64,000 bases of DNA, taken from contig CM126204.1 in assembly GCA_052327205.1 (NCBI GenBank), forward strand, positions 327,856,001 through 327,920,000, read 5' to 3'. A program made the position numbers and the translations under genes. This document shows, in pieces, positions 11,995 to 24,085 of this stretch (position 1 is its first letter; each line of letters starts with the position of its first letter). The notes below the pieces were generated by a model. The model made no database searches and was not told the origin of the DNA. It saw only the letters and a list, made by a program, of their open reading frames with translations. Origin of the DNA: Somniosus microcephalus (Eukaryota).

Positions 11995-12275
11995 AGGATG
12001 AACTTGTATTTATATAGTGCCTTTCAAAACCTCACGACGTCCCAAAGCACTGTTGTAATGTAGAGAAACACAGCATCTAATTTGCGCTCAGTAAGGTCCC
12101 ACAAACAGCAATGAGTTAATGATCAGATAATCTATTTTTAATGACGCTGGTTGAGGAATAAATATTGGCCAGGAAAACTTCCCTGCTTTTCTTTGAAACG
12201 TGCCATGGGATCTTTTACATCCACCTGTGAGGCCAGCCAGGCCCCTTGATTCAATATCTCATCTGAAAGACAGAT
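11995..12275 (-). mobile_element. SacSINE1/DeuSINE-like SINE, partial
   Basis: tcccacaaacagcaatg...aaatattggccagg...tgccatgggatcttttacatccacctg. Confidence 0.75.
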
Positions 12276-14421
12276 GAGGCCAATGGAATACCTTTGGTGG
12301 ATTTTATATCCTTCCTTTTTTGTTGTTGGGTTTAATATTGATCCGTCCTCAATATACCTTCTTTTAAACGTTTGATGATCATTTAAAATGTGCAGTGGCC
12401 TAACTTATTTTTAAAACACAGGAATGGTTGCAAACTGGGAACTCAGGCACAGCTGCAGAACAGCAGTAACCTTTCTACTAGTCCTTTCTGCCTTTTCTGC
12501 TTTAAAGCCTTTGAGCCCCATGTGTGCGGAGGAAGGCCAAGTGTTTATTTAACAGCACAGTAAGATAAGCAACAATATGCATTGCTTGGAATTCACAGGA
12601 ATGGCACGCAACTCCAATGGAGCCTCAGGATCTGTCTCCCCGCCTCACTGAAAACAATTTTTTTTGGCTTATGAGTTTCCATTGTGGCTTGGTTATGTCT
12701 ACATATGTTTGGGGGAGGGGGTTGGTGATACAACCTCTTGTATTACCATTTGTTAAAGGGGCCTTGGCACCTCGTGAGGAGTCAGTGGTGACAGCAGCCA
12801 ATACCCCTTTGAAACCATTTGTACATCACCTATAATCTTGCTAACAGGGGTTGACAAATTTCTAAAATTAATTTCAGGAACAGCATTGGTCACAGCAGAA
12901 TGAACCCAATCCACATGTCCCTTCTTCGTGCCAATCTCCTTCTCGCCCTGTAAAAAATAGTTGTGGTCCTGGCTTCTAAAACTGCTGATGAATCATTTAG
13001 TAAAAGATTCTTGCAGTGATATTGCTGAAAAGCCAAACTTCAGCCACTCTTTTTTTTGATCCAAACACAACTCCGTCTCATTTTACTGCCTCCCTCACTT
13101 AGTGCCAGAAAATTCACTAGACTGAATTTTCCGCATTGCTATTTGTTTCATTATGATGCCGCTTCAGTGTTTGTCTTCTACCGAACAGAGGGAAGAAAAT
13201 GCTTTGCCCCAGCCTGTTCTCCTACCCTCTGTGCTCCCCCGTGATTGAGATCAGATCACTGTGTGGAGAATCACGAGATGCAAAGTCTCTCCCTCGGACT
13301 CTGAGGCTCAGTCAGTTTAACTAGCCACAAGACCAAGAGTGGTCATTGCTACAATATACCATCCAGTGAGCTGCCCCTTCCAGGTGGCTGTGGGGTTAAC
13401 AAAATTTGACTTTGGTGTGCAACAGTGGCAAATGAACATGTTGGCTGATCACCCCCACCACCACCACCACCACACCAAGAAAAAAGAGAGGCCTTGACTG
13501 CCACCCTCCTTTGCCCTTTATAACAAGAGGGGCCCTCCTGTTACTGCAATCAGACAAGTAACCATCTTCTATTTATTTTACTTAAGCCAACAGTCTGAGA
13601 ATCAATCGGTTGGCCTGTTGTACAGGACCTCCATGTAGGCAGCATGTCAGAATCCCGTTGTTTATGCTTTCTGTAATCTTTTCCATTCTGAGGAAGGCTG
13701 GCTGAAAAATGCAGAGTTTGTTCAGCTGTTTATGGTGCATGCACCATAGAAGAAATATTTACAACAACTTCTTTACACTAACCCACGCTATCTGACTGGC
13801 TCTCTAAACAAGACCTCCCTGACTGAAAGTCTACCTTGTGGTTCATTTAGTTCAATGTTTAAAAGAAAAATGACAGTTTGGGCTTTCAAAATAGTATCTC
13901 TGTTTCTCATCGTTTCTAAATGACGCGGAGTGGAAAATATATATTTTTTCTGTTTTTCTATTAACTTTTCCCTTTTTTTTTTAAGATCCTTTCCCCCTCC
14001 GCCACCTATGCAAGGGTTCTCTCTGATCAACTGGATAGCCAGGCAACCTAGTGCCAATCCTCGGCCAATGCCACTCTGTGGGTTGACTCACATTCTGGCT
14101 TTCATTCTGTCATTGTCCACCTTCTCTCACTATGATGCTAATATATGAGAGTATAAGCGTCACCTTGTGGGGGAATAACACATTTGAACATCAGGAATTT
14201 CAACCTCCTTCTACCCCTCTGCAAAATAGCCAACACAGGCAGAGGATTTCCCTTGGTTTTTAACATTTATTTTGTGACTGGCCAACTGATTTACTTGTCC
14301 GGTCATGAATAAAATGTGTTTTTACTGAACTAACAGACTTCATTACACTGCAGGACCTGCAGCAATATGATGACTGCTGTTTTAGTGTTTTATTTGGGTT
14401 GTGATGTATGGATTCATATAG

Positions 14422-14870
14422 TGTCAGCCATGGCTCAGTAGTAGCACTCTTGCTTATAAGTCAGAAGGTTGTGGGCACAAGCCCCACTCCAGAGACTCGA
14501 GTGCATAGCCCAGGCTGGCACTTCAGTGCAGTACTGAGGGAGTGCTGCGCTGTTGGAAGTGCTGTCCTTTGGATGAGATGCTGAACCGAGGCTCCATCTG
14601 CCCTCTCAGGTGGACGTAAAAGATCCTACGGCATTACTTCAAAGAAGAGCAGGGGCATTCTCCCCGGTGTCCTGGCCAATATTTACCCCTCAAAGCAACA
14701 CCAAAACCAAATTATTTCATTGCTGTTTGTGGGAGCTTGCTGCGTGCAAATTGGCTGCTGCATTTCCTACATTACAACAGTGACTACACTTCAAAAGTAC
14801 TTCATTGGCTGTGAAGACTTTGGGACTTCCTGAGGTTGTGAAAGGTGTGATATAAATGAAAATTCTTTCT
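14422..14870 (+). mobile_element. SacSINE1/DeuSINE-like tRNA-derived SINE, near full length
   Basis: tRNA-like head (tggctcagtagtagcactct...gtcagaaggttgtggg), central block caggtggacgtaaaagatcc...tgtttgtgggagcttgctg, and an L2-like tail. Confidence 0.85.
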
Positions 14871-16082
14871 TTCACCAAACTGATTGAAAACGCATTGTAA
14901 AAAATGGATGCAGGAGGAAATGACAATCAAATTATCTTTTATTTTATTTTTGCTATTGCTTTATATCCTAAAATCTTAATTGACATTTCTCTTTGGCAAG
15001 GCATCTGGAATAGTTTCAACTTCTGAAGTAGATATCAGTGACAGCCGGATGGCGTTTACAGCGACTGGATTTCAAGAGTGACAAATTTCATCTGGATTCA
15101 AACCTCTCCCTTCCCTGTGTACTGGCCTCCAGAGATATGCTGGGTCCCATCTGAGCCAGTGGAGCAGGAACTCCCGGTATAAGGAGTTCCTGCCCCGTTT
15201 CTGGCCCTAGATAACATCTGCCCTGTAGGGGACGGTAGAAGTTCTGCTCCATACAACACAAGACAAAAACTCTGAGTGTCCGTCATTTTCCAGTGGGTTC
15301 TGCCAGAGTTATGTCAGTGCCCCAAGGAATTTTGGTCCCTCTGAGTTACGTACCCACCGAGGCTGATCTGGCAAACCTTTAGGCAAATGGCTGCAAAGTA
15401 GCATTGCCAGGCTGCCTGCCTGCCTCCCCTTTTTGGCTGGGTGTATGGCTCATGGAAGAAAGGAAGCACATATAGGACAGGGAGAAAACAAAAATTTGCT
15501 TACAATTCACTTCATAATTAGGTGTTTAATTTTATAGAACATTTAAAATCTCACCAGTTCCATCTTACTCAAAGCAATGGATTTGGGATTCAGAACATTA
15601 GCCTAGCCCAGCTCCCCCCCCCCCCGGAAGGCAGTGTGTTCCAGTCTAACTTCTGCTCTGGGAACACTTATGGACTGGATATCTACTCAGTGTCATAGGT
15701 TACATCAATCAAATGAGCAGGAATGACAGCTGCGTATCACCCTTACAGGGAGCGATGAAAAAGACTTAAATCACTATCACATATGGACATCAAATTCCCT
15801 ATAGGCACTGGACGCTACTTCAGCACCTCTATTGCAGACACTCTGTTCTATCATTTGCATGATTAAAATAATACAACAACAGCTTACATTTATATAGCGC
15901 ATTTAACGTAGTAAAATGTCCCAAGGCACTTAACAAGAGCGATATCAATAAAAACATTTTTGACACCGAGCCACAAAAGGAGATATCAAGACAGATGACC
16001 AAAAGCTTGATTAAAGAGGGAGGTTTTAATACAGTTTATTAAAGTTTAATTCAAAGATTATTTAACCCTGCAATAATAATAA

Positions 16083-17750
16083 TTGAGGTGCTGTATTAGT
16101 TTGAAGTACTGTATTAGTTTGAGGTGCTGTAATAGTTTGAGGTGCTGCATTAGTTTAAAGTGCTGTATTAGATTGCGGTGCTGTGTTAGTTTGAGGTGCT
16201 GTATTAGTTTGAGGTGCAGTATTAGTTTGAGGTGCTGTATTAGTTTGCAGTGCTGTGTTAGTTTGAGGTGCTGTATTAGTTTGAGGTGTTGTATTAGTTT
16301 GAGGTGTTGTATTAGTTTGAGGTGTTGTATTAGTTTGAGGTGCTGTATTAGTTTGCAGTGCTGTGTTAGTTTGAGGTGCTGTATTAGTTTGAGGTGCTGT
16401 ATTAGTTTGAGGTGCTGTATTAGTTTGAGGTGTTGTATTAGTTTGAGGTGCTGTATTAGTTTGCAGTGCTGTGTTAGTTTGAGGTGCTGTATTAGTTTGA
16501 GGTGCTGTATTAGATTGCAGTGCTGTATTAGTTTGAGGTGCTGCACTAGTTTGAGGTGCTGTGTTAGATTGCAGTGCTGTATTAGTTTGAGGTGCTGCAC
16601 TAGTTTGAGGTGCTGTGTTAGATTGCAGTGCTGTATTAGTTTGAGGTGCTGCACTAGTTTGAGGTGCTGTATTAGTTTGAGGTGCTGTATTAGTTTGAGG
16701 TGCTGTATTAGTTTGCAGTGCTGTGTTAGTTTGAGGTGCTGCGTTAGTTTGAGATGCTGTATTAGTTTGAGGTGCTGTATTAGTTTGAGGTGCTGTATTA
16801 GTTTGCAGTGCTGTGTTAGTTTGAGGTGCTGTATTAGTTTGAGGTGCTGTATTAGTTTGAGGTGCTGTGTTAGTTTGAGGTGCTGTGTTAGATTGCAGTG
16901 CTGTATTAGTTTGAGGTGCTATATTAGTTTGAGGTGCTGTATTAGTTTGCGGTGTTGTGTTAGTTTGCGGTGCTGTGTTAGTTTGCGGTGCTGTGTTAGT
17001 TTGCGGTGCTGTGTTAGTTTGCGGTGCTACATTAGTTTGAGGTGCTGTATTAGTTTGCGGTGCTGTATTAGTTTGAGGTGCTGTATTAGTTTGCGGTGCT
17101 GTGTTAATTTGCGGTGCTACGTTAGTTTGAGGTGCTGTATTAGTTTGAGGTGCTGTGTTAGTTTGAGGTGCTGTATTAGTTTGAGGTGCTGTATTAGTTT
17201 GAGGGGCTGTATTAGTTTGCGGTGCTACATTAGTTTGAGGTGCTGTATTAGTTTGAGGTGCTGTATTAGTTTGCGGTGCTGTATTAGTTTGCGGTGCTGT
17301 ATTAGTTTGCGGTGCTGTATTAGTTTGAGGGGCTGTATTAGTTTGCGGTGCTGTATTAGTTTGCGGTGCTGTATTAGTTTGCGGTGCTGTATTAGTTTGC
17401 GGTGCTGTATTAGTTTGCGGTGCTGTATTAGTTTGCGGTGCTGTATTAGTTTGCGGTGCTGTATTAGTTTGCGGTGCTGTATTAGTTTGCGGTGCTGTAT
17501 TAGTTTGAGGTGCTGTATTAGTTTGAGGTGCTGTATTAGTTTGAGGTGCTGTGTTAGTTTGAGGTGCTGTATTAGTTTGAGGTGCTGTGTTAGTTTGCGG
17601 TGCTGTATTAGTTTGAGGTGCTGTATTAGTTTGCGGTGCTGTATTAGTTTGCGGTGCTGTATTAGTTTGCGGTGCTGTATTAGTTTGCGGTGCTGCATTA
17701 ATTTGAGGTGCTGCATTAGTTCGAGGAGCTGAAATAGTTTGAGGTGCTGT
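16083..17750. repeat. 18-bp minisatellite (gtgctgtattagtttgag and variants), about 92 units
   Basis: Directly visible. It explains the long repetitive ORFs (RCCISL)n, (PQTNTA)n and (QHLKLI)n. Confidence 0.98.
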
Positions 17751-19054
17751 ATCACTGAGAATAAAGAATGTTTCAGTGATCACTTCATTCCTTTAAAACA
17801 TGTCCTCTTTTTAAAAAAAACTACTGTCTCACCCTCCCTTGTTTAGCTGCAGCCCCCAATACCACAAACCAGTCCCCAAATGAGAGTGCCTGTAGCTGGC
17901 CTACTCCCAAGCCTGTGTAAATATCACTCTGTATTTCTCCATTATCAGCAATGCAGGGCCAAGGGCTCCTTCCCCCCCATTCCAGGGTTGGTCACTCTCC
18001 TTCACTGTAGGGAAAGACTTGCCTCACCCTCATCCTCTCAATATCTCCCTTTTGGGTTGGGGGTGGAGTGGGGAAAGGGAGAAAAAAATTGCTGATTTAT
18101 AACATTATGTTTTCAACTCTGCAGGCGTATCTAGTTCTTTTAAAGTCAACTGTAAATCTCACTGACTAATCACCCAAGTGGTGAGTTTCCATTTTCAGGT
18201 ATACCATCAGGTTGGGGGAGGAGGGGCACCGACTGGGCAGGAGGAAGTGCCAGATGAAGGCTCGGCACTTTCTGACAGGGGAAGGGTGGAGAGCAAACAG
18301 CAATTTTTTTCAGATGAGGGGGAGGAAGTTAACACATGCAAGACGTTTTCCTTTCCCCCCCAGAAGATTCCTTGTTCTTACATCACAAGCACGGTGTAAT
18401 TATCCAACCTTTCGATCAGTCCCCACTCTGGAGACATTATTGCATTCAGTGAAAACACAAGCCAATCTTGACGCACACAAGCTGTAACAGTATAAGAGGC
18501 TGGGTCCCTTGTGCAGAAAGGAGCTGTACTGAGCCCAGGGTGGCAGGTGTCCAACAATTCTGTATTTGGCTCCCGCAGTCATTAGATTGGATTATATTCC
18601 CACCTTCTGATGTATAAGAATTGCTGGGGCAGGACACTGCTAACATTCCCCCAGAATGACAGGAGTACAACACTTCTAACATTCTCCAAGTGTTACAGGA
18701 ACGCTGCACCATTAACAGCACCCAGAGTCAACATGATTTTCATTGAAGTTTGAACATGCTACCGCTGTCCCGCTGAGCCAGTCAATCTGCATGTGAAAGG
18801 AATTGTGCCTGTGAATGGCCAAAGAGTGAGATTTCTCATCACCCTACTACACTGGTAAGCAAGTGAAAGATTTACCCCCAAGTTCCAACATGGTCAGTAC
18901 CCGTACTGAAATGGATCAGGAAGAGTGAGGGACTGAATGGAGTCCATGTACTTTGCCACATAGACACAATGAAGCTGAACCGCTGAGAGAAAATGGACAT
19001 AGCCAGTGGTTGGTTGAACAGCCGCATTGACAGACCCCTGATAAAAGTCATTAT

Positions 19055-19232
19055 GGGCTATTTTGACCTAACTCGCCAGTCAGGAAACTGTCGGGGATCG
19101 GGTGCAATGCTGGTTTTACACCCCGTCTGATTTTAATCTCCATTAAAGTCAATGGGGCTGGGTGTAGAGCCAAGCATTCCACCCAATCCTGCTGGCTTCC
19201 CATCAGGTGAGTCAGGCTAAAATTACCTCCAT
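19055..19232. mobile_element. Old palindromic MITE
   Basis: Imperfect fold-back around ccattaaagtcaatgg, with ends gggctattttgaccta / ggctaaaattacctcc. Confidence 0.5.
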
Positions 19233-19426
19233 TTGCTCATCCTCTCGGTTGGGGAATGGTATTTCACAACATAAGGAGCAGGGGGAAACATAACTTTAAA
19301 AAAATGAAATTGACAAAAATAGTTTAAAAAAAAAGTTCATCCATTCTGGCTTATTTGTGGTGGATAATGGAAAAGAGGAATCTCACTGAAAATGTTGTCC
19401 CGACAGGGTCTCCTTTCAAAACCTAC

Positions 19427-19569
19427 CTAATGATGAAGTCAAACTCAGAACCAGCCAACATCAGGACCCCGAGTAGTGTGGAGATTGCCCCGTCTATTAC
19501 TGGTGCAAACATGTGTTCCAGTGCCACAGCGGAACGCAGATTCCTATTTCCAATGGCAGTCAGGAAACC
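19427..19569 (-). CDS. ptch2: Patched-2 exon 20, 143 bp
   Basis: Hand translation [47 protein letters not shown](R). Confidence 0.95.
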
Positions 19570-19646
19570 CTATAGTGTAATAAATATTACATATTTATAT
19601 TAATAGCCAGATTGTACAAACAGGAAGAAATGCACTTAAACACATT

Positions 19647-20446
19647 GGGCTGGATTTTCATTGAGGAGTCGGGTAGGAGGCGGGACTACAACTTTTGGGG
19701 TTGTAGTCCCGCCTCCATTGAGTTCTAGCCAACCCACGCGATATTGACTTGATTGACCTTGTTGAGCCCGCCCAGCGGGCTCAGCAGGCCAATTAGGGGC
19801 CACCCGGCAACAGGTGACGTCACAGATTGATATTTCATCTGTCAAGACCTTTTGAAGCTGTCGAACACTGACAATCTGTACTCCAGGTTAATTCCTTCCT
19901 CTCAGGCTGATTTAGAGATCTCCCCGGAACAGAAAGCTGAATGCTGCAATTTTTGACAGCTCGCAGCCATTCTGCTTTCTGTGCCGGTGAAATGAGGGAC
20001 TCCCGAGACCTGAAGGAAGGAAGGCTGTAAAGGTAAGTAAAGGTATGTAAAACTTATTTAAACACTTTACACACACCAAACACACTTACCTTTGCACTCA
20101 TGCACCCATCACTCACCTGAACACCAGACATCTCGACCCCTCCAAATCCTTCATCCCGACGGTTCGCCTCCTCTAACTTGGCGTGGTTTGGAGCCGTCGG
20201 GAATCCCACACTTCAACATTAAAAATATGGATTAGGCTAAAAACTGCCTGTTAACAGGCAATTAATTGGCACTAATCCCCTTCCCGCCTCGGGGAGGCGG
20301 GTCCCAGTGCGGGTCGGGTACCCGCCTCCTTTGAAACTGGCATGGAGGCGGGTTGGGTGCGGGATGGGTTTGTGCACCCGATTTCGGGATTTTAACCCCC
20401 CACACGCCTTCAATCCCGCTTCCACGGCCCAATGAAAATCCTGCCT
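19647..20446. mobile_element. 800-bp Harbinger-like MITE, older subfamily
   Basis: TIR gggctggattttcattg / caatgaaaatcctgcct. TSD ATT at 19644-19646 and 20447-20449. Internal gtgacgtcac. Confidence 0.7.
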
Positions 20447-20559
20447 ATTTTGTTTAAAAATTAAGTTAACAGGATTTACCATTAGCTCGTTTGAATCTGC
20501 TAAATACCCCAGATGTTTATTTCTCTATTGCTGCAAAAAGGAAAACACTTTTCTTTTAG

Positions 20560-20905
20560 ATTCATAGCATCATAGAAGTTTACGGCACAGAAGGAGGCCA
20601 TTCGGCCCATTTTGTCTGTGCTGGCCGAAAGAGCTAACCGGCCTCATCCCACTTTCCAGCTCTTGGTCCATAGCCTTGTAGGTTACGGCAATCCAAGTGC
20701 ATATCCAAGTACTTTTTAAATGAGAGTCAGCACGGGCTTGACGGGCCAAATGGCCGCCTTCCGTGCTGTAACCATTCTATAATTCTATGAGGGTTTCTGC
20801 CTCTACCACCCTTTCAGGCAGTGAGTTCCAGACACCCACCACCCTCTGGGTGAAAAAAGTTTTTCTTCAACTCCCCTCCAATCCTTCTACCAATTACTTT
20901 AAATT
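20560..20905 (-). mobile_element. CR1-type 3' fragment with a nested, oppositely oriented CR1 tail
   Basis: catagaagtttacggcacagaaggaggccattcggccc. The inner plus-strand tail at about 20725-20786 is flanked by atgag. Confidence 0.7.
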
Positions 20906-21402
20906 GTTGTATCTACAATGGTCATCAATATTAAGTCTATCCTGCTGCTAAATTCTTCTGCTCTAAATTTACGTATTTATCAACACTACCACCACCAACT
21001 TGCATTTAGTTGGTGCCTTAAAAGTAGAAATTGTCCCAAGGTGCTTCACAGAAGTATAATCAGACAAAAATCAACACTGAGCCAAAGAAGAATATATTAG
21101 GAGGGGTGATTAAAAGGTTGGTCAATGAGATAGGTGTTAAGAAGGGTCTTAAGGAGGAGAGGCTGAGACATTTAGGGAGAGTTTAGGGCCTTGACAGCAG
21201 AAAGCATGCTCACCAATGATGGGGTGAAGAGATTGGGCGATGCACAAGAGGGTGGAGTAGGAGGAATGCAGAGATAGGAAAAAACTAGAGTGAGACATGG
21301 GTTCAGCACCAAGACTTGACTGTGGGCAAAAGTCACAGCCCTGGGATGGGCTGCGGTTGTCCTTGTTGGTAGGCATATACAAGACTGTGGTGATCTACTT
21401 AC

Positions 21403-21540
21403 CAGAGCTACATGGACAGTGAATTCCACTCCAATTCCAACAGATGCAATCAGGATCACTACAGGGATTGCACTCAGTTTGATGCCTATCAGTCCCATAA
21501 TTCCAAACAGCTCCACTGTCATCATAGCCAGAATAAATAC
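21403..21540 (-). CDS. ptch2: Patched-2 exon 19 (TM9-10, GxxxE motif), 138 bp
   Basis: [46 protein letters not shown]. Acceptor tgtag|G, donor CTG|gtaagt. Confidence 0.96.
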
Positions 21541-22200
21541 CTACAGATAAACAAGAGAAGGTTAATATCTTAGACTTGCATGGATAGCAAGAGCTCTCGA
21601 TGGCTTGGGCCTGGGTGGCAAGAAGTCCATCTGTAATGGGTAGTGTCACCAGGGTAAAGTACCTTACAAGACATTTCACCATTTATGTGTATGGTGGGGG
21701 AGTGAAATGACACTGCTAATTTATTACATATAATCACAATTTCCACAAAATACTAGGTTTCAAAATACAAAAAAAAGAGAAGAAATTCTAATAGATTGTG
21801 CTACAGTAGATGCAGGAATAAAAATGCGCAGTTTGGTTTTAGTTGAGGAGCTAATCAGTGGAACAGAGGCTCGCATATTGCTAGACAAGAATTAAATTGG
21901 TGGATAAAAGCACGGATATTATTCAGAACCTGGTGAGCTGCTTTTTTAAAACATATCCGATTAGGAAAATATCTTGTCCTTGCCTAGCTGGCGTTGAATT
22001 TGCCAAAGATTGTAGTCCTCCCCCCTCCTCCATTATAATGCAGTCCTTTGGAGCCATACAACAGTGACTACACTTCAAAAACTACTTCATTGGCAGTAAA
22101 GCGCTTTGGGAAGTCCGGTGGGTGTGAAAGGTGCTATATAAATGCATGTTTTTCTTTCATATAGAAAATAAGTTGAAAAAGGGTACAGGATTTGTGTCAT

Positions 22201-24085
22201 AACAACAATAACTTGTATTTATATAGCACTTTTAATGTAGTAAAACGTCCCAATGTGCTTCACAGGAGTATTAAAAGACAAAAAATTTGACACTGAGCCA
22301 CATAAGGAGAAATTAGGGCAGGTGACCAAAAGCTTGGTCAAAGAAGTAGGTTTTAAGGAGCGTCTTAAAGGAGGAAAGAGAGGTAGCGAGGCGGAGAGGT
22401 TTAGGCAGGGAATTCCAGAGCTTAGGGCCTAGGCAACAGAAGGCACGGCCACCAATGGTTGAGCGATTATAATCAGGGATGCTCAAGAGGGCAGAATTAG
22501 AGGAGTGCAGATATCTTGGGGGGTTGTGGGGCTGAAGGAGATTACAGAGATAGGGAGGGGCGAGGCCATGGAGGCATTTGAAAACAGGGATGAGAAATCT
22601 GAAATTGAGGCGTTGCTTAACCGGGAGCTAAAGTAGGTCAGTGAGCACAGGGGTGATGGGTGAATGGGACTTGGTGCGAGTTAGGACACGGGCAGCCGAG
22701 TTTTGGATTACCTCAGGTTTATGTAGGGTAGAATGTGGGAGGCCGGCCAGGAGTTCATTGGAATATTCAAGTCTAGAGGTAATATAGGCATGGATGAGGG
22801 TTTCAGCAGCAGATGAGCTGAGGCAGGGGTGGAGACAGGCAATGTTACGGAGGTGGAAATGGGCGGTCTTTGTTATGCTGCGGATATGTGGTCGGAAGCT
22901 CAATTCAGGGTCAAATATGACACCAAGTTTGCGAACAGTGTGGTTCAGCCTCAGACAGATGTTAGGGAGAGGGATGGAGTCAGTGGCTAAGGAACGGAGT
23001 TTGTGGCGGAGACCGAAAACAATGGCTTTGTTCTTCCCAATATTTAATTGCCGAAAATTTCTGCTCGTCCAGAACTGGATGTTGGACAAGCAGTCTGACA
23101 ATTTAGGGGTCGAGAGAAGTGGTAGTGAGGTAGAGCTGGGTGTCATCAACGTGCATGTGGAAACTGACGCTGTGTTTTTGGATGATGTCGCCAAGGGGCA
23201 ACATGTAGATGAGAAATAGGAGGGGGCCAAGGATAGATCAGTGGGGGACACCAGAGGTAACTATGCGGGAGTGGGAAGAGAAGCCGTTGCAGGTGATTCT
23301 CTGGCTATGATTAGATAGATAAGAATGGAACCAGGTGAGTGCAGTTCCACCCAGCTGGACGACGGTGGAGAGATGTTGGAGAAGGATGGAGTGGTCAACA
23401 GTGTCAAAGGCTGCAGACAAGTTAAGAAGGATGAGGAGGGATAGTTTACTTTTGTCACAGTCACAAAGGATGTCATTTGTGACTTTGATGAGAGTAGTTT
23501 TGGTACTGTGGCAAGGGCGGAAACCTGATTGGAGGGATTCAAACATGGCATTGTGGGAAAGATGGGCACGGCTTTGGGAGGCGAATACATGTTCAAGGAC
23601 TTTGGAGGTTGGAGATGGGGCGGTAGTTTGCAAGGGCGGAGGGATCAAGGGTTTTTTTGAGGAGAGGTGTAATGACAGCAAATTTGAGGGAGGGGGGACA
23701 GTACCTGAGGAGAGAGAACCATTAACAATGTCAGCTAACATGGGAGCCAGAAAAGGAAGTTGGGTGGTGAGCAGTTTAGTGGGAATAGGGTCGAGGGCGC
23801 AGAAAGTGGGTCTTATGGACAAGATGAGCACGGAGAGGTCATGAGGGGAGAGCGGAGAGAAACTGGAGAAAGATGTGAGTTCAGGGCTAGGGCAGGGGGG
23901 AACTTTTGAGGAAGTTTGGCCCGGTGGGCTAGGGGAAGGAAGGGAAGCGGCAGAGGCAGCTGAACGGATGGTCTCACTCTTAGAGACAAAGAAGTCCATG
24001 AACTCCTTGCACTTGTTTTCGGAGGTGAGGGTGGAAGAGACAGGGGAGAAGGATTTAAGAAGATGGTTAGCAGTAGAGAATAAGG
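22201..24085 (-). mobile_element. 5'-truncated L2 LINE (decayed RT region plus 3' UTR and tail)
   Basis: ORFs contain FESLQSGFRPCHST, LNLSAAFDTVDH, SGVP and LGVIFDPELSF, with frameshifts. The tail is acttgtatttatatagc. Confidence 0.92.

Noticed and set aside
16083-17783. Long ORFs resembling a Cys-rich keratin-associated protein, a mucin or a leucine-rich repeat protein
   Set aside because: They are all frames of one 18-bp minisatellite inside a ptch2 intron. The unit simply lacks stops in those frames, and there is no unique coding sequence or promoter evidence.
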